Source: Octopus sinensis (Eukaryota). Taken from it: a stretch of 64,000 bases of DNA. The DNA is taken from positions 33,976,001 to 34,040,000 of the forward strand of contig NC_043015.1 in NCBI RefSeq assembly GCF_006345805.1, written 5' to 3'. The position numbers were made by a program, and so were the translations under genes. Below the pieces are notes generated by a model. It did no database searches. It was not told the DNA's origin and saw only the letters and a list, made by a program, of their open reading frames with translations. Below, one piece after another: positions 54,901-64,000 of this stretch (positions are counted from its first letter, which is position 1; every line of letters begins with the position of its first letter).

Positions 54901-56383
54901 GCACACAGAAACATGTCAGTATGTGTGAGTTTGCACTTCCCTTGTTTTTACAGTTGCTCACTGATCGTAAACCAAAGTCTCCCTATTCACACAGACAGTG
55001 TCCCTTCTTTGCAGTCCACCATGGAAGGGTTATGTGATCCCTGTAAACAAAGGGCTCCCCATTTATACAAAGTATTGTTAGCTTTTAGTTCTCTGCATAA
55101 CCATGTCTGGGTTGTTCTTTGTTCGATAGACTGTGAGATTACCTTGCTAGAAAATGGGCGAGGGTTAGTATCAGGAAAGGCATCCAGCTGGAGAAAATTC
55201 TTCTCCATGCAAACATAGAATTAAAGTGATGATGATGATGATACATAAGACTTATTCTGTGTTAAATTAAGAAACAATGACGAGTGAAAATTCTGTAAAT
55301 AATAATTATAAGGTTTAAGCTTAGAAGCATTTACAATATATTGGCTACAGAAAAAAGTCTAATATTGGGGTAGATAAGCGGCTGACAGAAAAAAATGGGT
55401 AATATCCATTTTTACTGTTAAGGTCTTATATGCACCAATATTAGACTATTTTCTATAGTCATTATATGGTGAATGTTTATAGGGTCATTCAATGTAAGAT
55501 CACCCAGTGGGTCCTGGGTCACTCCCTCAGATCCCTCTGAAAAATTTCATACTAGCTCCTCTGCCTATACGATGGGAAAATAGCAAGTATAGCTTTGAAA
55601 TTGTAGGCCTTTAAAATATTAATTAATTATACATTTTTTTTCCCAAACGAGCCTCTCAGACCAACTTGAGACAACCATTTATCCTCTAATAACTTTGAAA
55701 TCATGTGTCTGGGGCTAACTTTTTCTGTAGAGACCAAATATCTTATCAAATCAAGCGTATCATGTATATTTTTCCATCTAAAGGCCTCTGAAAATTGCCA
55801 AGAATTAAATGTACAACAAATATGTCTCTTTAAGGTATTTTTATCAAAAAAAAAAAACAATATGGCATAAATATAAAAGCTGACAAAGACTTGGCTCAGA
55901 TGTTTGAAATACAGTTAGGAGGTGCCTTCATACTTCTGCTGCAGCTTGGGCTGGATGGCATAAAGTTTATGTCTTTCAAAGAAACAATAAACTGAATGAA
56001 GCAGCTAAAAACCAAAAACGAAAAAACCCTGTCAGACAAAACAAGACTAGTGAAACTAAGTCCCAAAATAATAACAGTCCCAGTTTTTTTAAGCCAGTTT
56101 GTGAAATGGAAGTAAAGAGGAGAAAAGCATTTGGTGAAAAAGAAATATAAAGATGGCAAAGCAGGTACAAACACTGCTGAGCTACTTCAATATTGGAAAT
56201 CTCATTTTGAACACCTCATCACTAAATTCCCACACAACCAAGAAAGCAATATCAGAAAGTCCACAGGATTCATTTGACGCAGAAACCCATGAAATAATTT
56301 TCAAATTCTCCAATGAAATTATTGAGAAGATCAAGGAAATGCAAAATGAAACATTTTTGAGAATAAATTAAACAAAAAATCCA

Positions 56384-56769
56384 CAGGAGTGGCTGTGTGG
56401 TAAGTAGCTTGTTTACCAACCACATGGTTCCGGGTTCAGTCTCACTGCGCGGCACCTTGGGCAAGTGTCTCCTACTATAGCCTCGGGCCGACCAAAGCCT
56501 TGTGAGTGGATTTGGTAGACGGAAACTGAAAGAAGCCCATCATATATATGTATATATATACATGCGTGTTTGTGTTTGTGTGTATTTGTTTGTCCCCCTA
56601 GCATTGCTTGACAACCGATACTGGTGTGTTTATGTCCCCGTTACTTAGCGGTTCAGCAAAAGAGACCGATACTGGGCTTACAAAAGAATAAGTCCCAGGG
56701 TTGAGTTGCGCAATTAAAGGCGGTGCTCCAGCATGGCCGCAGTCAAATGACTGAAGCAAGTAAAAGAGT
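56384..56769 (+). mobile_element. tRNA-derived SINE family A (Meta-domain-like core), best-preserved copy
   Basis: A-box-like TGGCTGTGTGGTAAG, B-box-like GGTTCCGGGTTCAGTC, core GCCTTGTGAGTGGATTTGGTAGACGGAAACTGAAAGAAGCCC, internal (TA/TG)n and tail GCATGGCCGCAGTC..GTAAAAGAG. Confidence 0.9.
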
Positions 56770-57310
56770 AATTAATTATTTTTAACATAAGCACATGGAC
56801 AAAAAATTTGACAGGCGGGGTATAATTGATTAAATTGATTGTAGTAATTAATTGACTGTTGTTTTATTGACCCAAGAAAGATAAAAAAAAAAACAACAAA
56901 GTTAACACTGGTGGGATTTGTGTAGATGCATGAATTCCCAGATTGTAACTAAATATAGACTTCTAGATGAAACAATAAACTTTATTTATGAAGGTAGTGC
57001 AAATATAACAACTTCTGTTGATGACATTAGGTCACAACTATCAAGAAAGATAAATTTATTAGACAGTGCTATCACAGAACTCCAATATTTCTCTCTGTTC
57101 TTAAGAGAGGAAATCTGAATCTATTTAAGACAATAAGTTGGCAATGTCTCAGTGGAACAGCCAACAGTTCATGTTGCACAACCAGCTGTTCTGTCATTGA
57201 AACAAACATTTCATCTCTTTTATCCCCAGAGATATACAGACTGACAGTGCCAGAACAGGTGGTGGTGTAGCGATTAGTCAGTTAGCTTGCTCTCCTCTGT
57301 TAGGAGGCAC

Positions 57311-57424
57311 AAAATATATATTAGCAACAGAGGCAGTACGAATACCAAGAGGTAATATTTATCCCACTTAAATGCAGACGTCCCTCTTGATATTAAAATC
57401 GTCTCTGTTGCTAATATATATTTT
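57311..57424. repeat. Long inverted repeat / hairpin (MITE-like)
   Basis: Perfect 22-bp arms AAAATATATATTAGCAACAGAG (57311-57332) and CTCTGTTGCTAATATATATTTT (57403-57424), with inner arms CAAGAGG and CCTCTTG. Confidence 0.85.
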
Positions 57425-58016
57425 CCTGTCTAATTGTCCAGTCCACTGGACTGTCAACAGATACACTATAACCTATAGAGTTACTGAAGAAACATTTTGG
57501 CAGCTTTCTAATGGTAAGGCTAAGATAGAGAATGGTCCTGCAAGCTGAGCTCCAAGTAATGTCTCAACTTCCAAATGGGCCACCACCAACAAAACAAGAT
57601 AAAAAACATCATACATAACTCCTATTTATGTCCCTGCTATAATGTAGAGAGTTTCAGTTGTGAATTTTGTTGATGCAAAGGGAAAGTGTAGTGCAATACT
57701 GTCTTAACCCTTTAGTATTTAAACCGGCTGTATCTGGCCAAAATAGTCTACTTGTTCTATGTTCAAACTTGCTAGATCTAGTGTTTCACACCTACCCTAC
57801 CAATGCCATTCTAAAAATAAACAATCATATTGTCAAAGTTATAAGATGGTGCATTAATAATTTCAAACAATATGAATAAATATGCATTACATTAAACCGA
57901 GTAATCTGAATACTAAAGGGTTAACGATATAGAACGAGGCCAGGTTGTTGTTTCTCATTGTAAAATGTGTTAGAGGTGGCTTCGTGGAAGCAGGATACGT
58001 TTGACATGAGGTGTAA

Positions 58017-59090
58017 GGAATGAACAAGTTGAAGCTCCTTTTCAACAGCCTAAGAGAAGAATTTGTAGTGACCAATAGAGGAGAGGTCAATTCTAAAGTT
58101 TCTCAGGCTATTATTAAGGTCAGAAGAGGATGGAAGTGGAGAGTAGTGGAGGTTGTTAAGGCTGCAAAGTCATGGCTAGAACACAGAGCACTTGTAAGCA
58201 TTATACTTTGACAAGGTGAAAGGAAAGGAGGTTACTGATCCAGAATGAAAGGGCAAGCATCAGTTGAGGCACAACAAGCCAACAGGTGTAATTGGGATGA
58301 GGCACCAGGGAACCTAGCTAAGATGGGACCAAAAAGTGGCACACAAAGTCTCATGACCTGACCTTTGGAAAATAGAGCCCCACCAGATAAAATTCCTAAT
58401 TCAGGTAGTTCATGATGTCCTGCCAAACCCTTCCAACTAGTACTGGTGGAGAAAGTAGGAGTCACCAGCTTTTCTCCTGTGCCTGAGGAGAGGAATCCTG
58501 GAGCACATCTTCAGTAGCTGTCCAAAAGCTCTAAGAGAAGGGTGCTACCACTGGAAGCATGACCAGGTCTTCAAGGTCATAGCAGAAAGTGTCTGAAGTA
58601 GGATTAACGACTGCAAGCATCTTTGCGCAATGAAGATTGTCATCTTTGTCAAGGCTGGTGTGAAGATGTTATCAACCAGGTCCATCTTGCTGGGCCTACA
58701 AGCAAAAACATACGGTTGAGGGCTGAAAGTTAACCTGGGAAGCATCTGAAATTCTCAGAAACTGTCGCTAAACCAGATATGGTGCTGCTCTCAGGAGCAT
58801 TGAAGCACATGGTTTTATTAGAATACTCCATTCCCAGGGAGAACCTCATTGAAGACGCAAATGAGAGGAGGAGAAAGAAAACATGCTGACCTAGTGGTGC
58901 AATGTGAAAGCAAAGTGCGATCCTAGTGAGGTGGGATAAGAAAGTCTGCAGGCCAGTTCCTCTGCAGAGTTTACATGCTGGGCAGCATAGGGGCCAGAAG
59001 GTGGAAGGCCTTCACATTGGCTGTGGAGAAAGCAGAGGTTGCGCCTCAAGGTGACTCTGTCGATGAGGAGATGCATTAGAGAATGATGTA
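58017..59090 (+). mobile_element. HERO-like (RLE) non-LTR retrotransposon 3' half, decayed
   Basis: NKLKLLFNSLREEFVVT..SKVSQAIIKVRRGWKW; IKFLIQVVHDVLPNPSN; CLRRGILEHIFSSCPKALREGCYHWKHDQV; IFVKAG; KPDMVLLS..VLLEYSIPRENLIEDANERRRKK. This is the post-RT, CCHC finger and RLE order of HERO/NeSL-group elements. Confidence 0.85.
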
Positions 59091-60050
59091 TGGATAACTT
59101 CCTGTCACTCAACCAATTCCACTAGTCTTAAAGATAAACAAAACTTAATATAGTCGACGAACCCAGGTCAGCGCTGATTACTAAAGATGTTCCTTGCGTG
59201 ACCATCTCGTCTTTTATATTAGAGACCACAAGTCTTTACCTTTTTATAAAGAATGGTCGGTGCGATTTATGGAAGATTTGACTGCTATTTTTCTCAAGCA
59301 GTTCTATGATCAAAAATTTCCCAACAGAAACTACCCTGTACTTTTTCTCCGAACCTAATGTCCTTCCATTTTAAGGCGGTAACGTGAAATGATGGATATT
59401 TAGCTGGTATTTTTAGCGAGCGACTATGTAGCGATTGTCTGAAAACTATGAGTATGTAACATTCCTACTATTCTCATTTGATCGAAGAGATGCGAGTGAA
59501 GTGAATGTAAGAATTACGGAGAGATGGCAAACAGTTCGTCAGACGACGTTTTAATTAACTGTATGCGCGCACCCACAATTTCCCTGGTTAAATACACACA
59601 CACACACATACACACAGAAGTGGCTGTACGGGGTCAGGTCACTGGACCGGCTTAAATAAACTAAATAAATAAATGTAAAGACTGCAGGTTTTACAAAATG
59701 TTAGTATAAAGTCTGTTTTTATTTTGTTAGCTATCTGTACTTCATAGTTGTGTATTTAATAATTTTCACTTATAGATAAATAGATAGATAGATATACATA
59801 CGCGTATATAATAGCGTGGCTAGAGGGTGTGTCGTCTCACCCCTAGCAACATACACATATGTAAATACATTTACGAAGACGCGATAGAAGTGGCTAATTG
59901 CGGCGGAGCCTTTTCTACAATAACAAGCAAATCGCATTCATTAATTACAGGATATTTAAAACACACTGCGTTTGGGACTCACTAATTTTGGAACGATAAC
60001 TGTCTCCTAACATTATCCATGAATATAAGCGGTTTTTTGTGTGTGTACAG

Positions 60051-60123
60051 ACAGATAGATAGATAACTTTCTTTATTGGCCACACAGGGCTGGACACAGA
60101 GGGGACAAATACATAGATAGATG

Positions 60124-60171
<48 letters not shown>

Positions 60172-60319
60172 TATGGATAGCTTGATAGATAGATCGATAG
60201 ATAGATGGATAGCTAGATAGATAGATCGATAGTAAGAGAGATAGATAGATAGATAGATGGATAGCTAGATACATAGATAGATGGATAGGTAGGTAGATAG
60301 ATAGATAGATAGATAGATC

Positions 60320-60354
<35 letters not shown>

Positions 60355-60355
60355 T

Positions 60356-60386
<31 letters not shown>

Positions 60387-60421
60387 GGATAGATAGATAG
60401 ACAGATAGATGGATAGGTAGG

Positions 60422-60458
<37 letters not shown>

Positions 60459-60680
60459 TGATAGATAGATAGATAGAAAGATAGATAGATGGATAGATAG
60501 ATAGACAGATAGATGGATAGGTAGGTAGATAGATAGATCGATAGATAGATAGGTAGATGGATAGATCGATAGATAGATAGGTAGATGGATAGATAGATAG
60601 ATAGATAGATTGATAGATAGATGGATAGCTAGATAGACAGATAGATCGATAGATATATAGTTAGCTTGATAGGTAGTTAG
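60051..60680. repeat. (GATA)n tetranucleotide array
   Basis: About 630 bp of GATA with GATG/GGTA/GATC variants. Confidence 0.97.
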
Positions 60681-60759
60681 ATGTGTGTATGTCCATGTGT
60701 GAGAGGAACAATGTAATGTTTATTTCAAGGATATTTACCAAGGTGAATTGGTTAATATA

Positions 60760-61060
60760 AAATATATAACAGAAAAAAACCGACGAACTTGAATCGTGTC
60801 AGGTAAGTTAATTAGGACACCTGACAGCAACGATACATACATATTCACATTCTTTACGTACATTTACAAATATCCATTTACATATTTGACTAATGTGATC
60901 GCAACTTGAATAGAAACCACAACACTCACCACATGGAGGAAGAAGAGCAGCCACACCGGAAGTAAGCAGACGAGACTTGTTGCGAGCATGCGCACTCCAC
61001 AACAGCAGACGACATTTCTTTTTTTTCCTGTCTAACTTACTTTTTTGTTTTTTAATATTT
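60760..61060. promoter_or_regulatory. CpG-enriched candidate promoter with ETS/GABP-like and NRF1-like motifs
   Basis: CCGGAAGT at 60956-60963 and GAGCATGCGCAC at 60984-60995. CpG density is locally elevated, here and at about 59350-60050. Splice donors occur on both strands (plus CAG|GTAAGT at 60803, minus GTGAGT at 60929). Confidence 0.45.
60930..61015 (-). CDS. Putative first coding exon of a minus-strand gene
   Basis: ATG at 61015, MSSAVVECACSQQVSSAYFRCGCSSSSM+TG, then a strong donor gtgagt (60924-60929). It lies in a CpG-enriched, non-repetitive island. Confidence 0.4.
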
Positions 61061-61219
61061 TTTCTGTTTTTTTCTGTCAGAAATTCATTTGTCGCTTTTT
61101 AATATTTAATTATTGTGATTATTAAATATACCTTACATTGAGTAATAAATATCAAAGAGTAGAATTATTTGCTAAATAATGATTTTTAGCAAAGTTACGC
61201 TATTGAGTATTTTGGCAAT

Positions 61220-62030
61220 CATACACACACACACACACATAATTACATACATACATACATACACACGTACATACATACATACACCCATACATACATACAT
61301 ACATACATACACACATACATACATACACACGTACATACATACATACACCCATACATACATACATACATACATACACACATACATACATACACACGTACAT
61401 ACATACATACATACACACATACATACATACATACATACATACATACATACATACATACACACATACATACATACATACATACATACACACATACATACAT
61501 ACATACATACACACACACATACATACATACACACGTACATACATACATACATACATACATACATACACACATACATACATACATACATACATACATACAT
61601 ACATACATACATACATACACACATACATACATACACACGTACATACATACATACACCCATACATACATACATACATACACCCATACATACACACGTACAT
61701 ACATATATACATACATACTCACATACATACATACATACATACATACATACATACACACGTACATACATACATACATACATACATACACACATACATACAT
61801 ACATATATACATACATACACACATACACACATACATACATGCATACATACACACATACATAAACACACACACATACATACATACATACATACATACATAC
61901 ACACATATATACATACATAAATACATACAGACAGACAGACACACGTACATAGCACATACATACATACATAAATGCATACATACAAACATACATATATACA
62001 TACACATACATATGTACATACATTTTTGCA
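61220..62030. repeat. (CATA)n tetranucleotide array
   Basis: About 800 bp of CATA with recurrent CACA, CACGTA and CACCCA variants. Confidence 0.97.
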
Positions 62031-62119
62031 AATTCATAATATACAATGCGCAAAGCATACAAACCCTGCAAAATATGCAAGATAATTGCTGATTCTCTTC
62101 TGTAGGAACATCATCTATG

Positions 62120-62158
<39 letters not shown>

Positions 62159-62264
62159 TACTAAAAAATGCAGAGAGAAATAACACGGTGTGACTTGTGG
62201 CAGATACATATGAATGACACAGACTAATACAGATATATCAAATAGTATACAACATAAATTCTTG

Positions 62265-64000
62265 ATGTATGTATGTGTGTATGTATGTATGTATGTATGG
62301 ATGGATGGATGGATGGATGGATGGATGGATTTATGGATGTATGTATGGATGTATGGATTGATGAATGTAAGTGTGTGTATGTATGTATGTATGTATGGAT
62401 GGATGTATGTATGTATGTATGCATGTATGTATGTATGGATGGATGGATGGATGGATGTATGGATGGATTTATGGATGGATGTATGGATGTGTGTGTGTAT
62501 GTGTGTATGTATGTATGTATGGATGGATGGATGGATGGATGTATTGTATGTATGTATGTATGTATGTAGTATGTATGTATGTATGTATAGATGGATGGAT
62601 GTATGGATGGATTTATGGATGGATGTATGGATGTGTGTGTGTATGTGTGTATGTATGTATGGATGGATGGATGTATTTATGGATGTATTTATGGATGTAT
62701 GTATGTGTGTATGTATGTATGGATGTATGTATGTATGTATGTATGTATGTATGGATGGATGGATGTATGTATGGATGTATGTATGTATGTATGTATGTAT
62801 GGATGGATGGATGGATGTATGGACGTATGTATGTATGTATGTATGTATGGATGGATGGATGTATGTATGTATGTATGTATGGACGTATGTATGTATGTAT
62901 GTATGGATGGATGGATGTATGTATGTATGTATGTATGTATGTATGTATGGATGGATGTATGGACGTATGTATGTATGTATGTATGTATGTATGTATGTAT
63001 GGATGTGTATGTATGTATGTATGGATGTATGTATGTATGTATGTATGTATGTATGTATGTATGTATGGATGGATGGATATATGTATGTATGTATGGGTGT
63101 ATGTATGTATGTATGTATGTATGTATGTATGGATGGATGGATGGATGGATGTATGTATGTATGGATGGATGGATGGATGGATGGATGGATGTATGTATGT
63201 ATGTATGGATGGATGTATGTATGTATGTATGTATGGATGGATGGATGGATGGATGTATGTATGGATGTATGGATGGATGGATGGATGGATGTATGTATGT
63301 ATGGATGGATGGATGTATGTATGTATGTATGTATGTATGTATGGATGGATGGATGGATGTATGTATGTATGTATGTATGTATGTATGGATGGATGGATGG
63401 ATGGATGGATGTATGTATGTATGTATGGATGGATGGATGGATGGATGGATGGATGTATGTATGTATGTATGTATGTATGTATGTATGTATGGAAGTATGT
63501 ATGGATGGATGGATGGATGGATGGATGGATGGATGGTTGGATGTATGTATGGATGTATGTATGTATGTATGTATGTATGTATGTATGGACGTATGTATGT
63601 ATGTATGTATGTATGGATGTATGGATGGATGGATGGATGGATGTATGTATGTATGTATGTATGGATGGATGGATGGATGTATGTATGTATGGATGTATGT
63701 ATGTATGGATGTATGTATGTATGTATGTATGTATGGACGTATGTATGTATGTATGGATGGATGGATGGATGTATGTATTTATGTATGTATGTATGTATGT
63801 ATGTATGTATGTATGTATGTATGTATGTATGTATGGACGTATGTATGTATGTGTGTATGGATGGATGGATGGATGGATGTATGTATGTATGGATGTATGT
63901 ATGGACGTATGTATGGATGTATGGATGGATGGATGGATGTATGTATGTATGTATGGATGGATGGATGGATGTATGTATGTATGTATGGATGGATGGATGT
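62265..64000. repeat. Mixed (ATGT)n/(ATGG)n tetranucleotide array, runs off the window end
   Basis: More than 1.7 kb of in-phase 4-mers with a recurrent GGAC variant. Confidence 0.97.

Noticed and set aside
55880-56371. Possible LINE linker remnant (LGLDGI; LLQYWKSHFEHLI)
   Set aside because: The motif order is inconsistent and it is too decayed to assign.
56384-56460. tRNA-like heads as tRNA genes
   Set aside because: They have A/B-box-like motifs only, no cloverleaf, and continue into SINE bodies.
56918-57118. Protein-like 66-aa plus-strand ORF
   Set aside because: It is isolated, the antisense frame is similarly open, and there are no linked exons or recognisable motif.
61172-62569. Long ORFs of 170-303 aa (MYVC/TYIH repeats)
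   Set aside because: They are translations of (CATA)n/(TATG)n arrays that lack stops in several frames; not genes.

Overview
AT-rich, repeat-dense animal genomic DNA. It is most likely from a coleoid cephalopod (Octopus-like); this is inferred from the SINE/RTE families and the microsatellite load, not from a database search. There are no prokaryotic features and no CRISPR arrays. Host genes: (1) the large 3' coding exon of a TMEM126-family gene on the minus strand (13740-14256), whose 5' exon I could not locate; (2) an unrecognised multi-exon minus-strand gene rebuilt by hand from four phase-compatible exons (38531-38657, 33696-33780, 30574-30662, 26465-26615), with a possible first exon and promoter at about 60.9-61.0 kb. 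The rest is decayed or truncated mobile DNA: a Sailor/DD82E-like IS630-Tc1-mariner transposase, a mariner 5' fragment, an RT-deleted R4/Dong element, a FLYWCH/MULE remnant, a young 5'-truncated RTE with a PHD finger inside its RT and a nested VNTR in its 3' UTR, a Penelope tail with a hammerhead-like motif, CR1/L2 and BovB-like tails, a HERO-like fragment, many copies of at least three tRNA-derived SINE families, MITE-like hairpins and large tetranucleotide arrays. Most long ORFs in the supplied track are translations of simple repeats. All family assignments come from motif recognition by eye and need HMM/BLAST confirmation.
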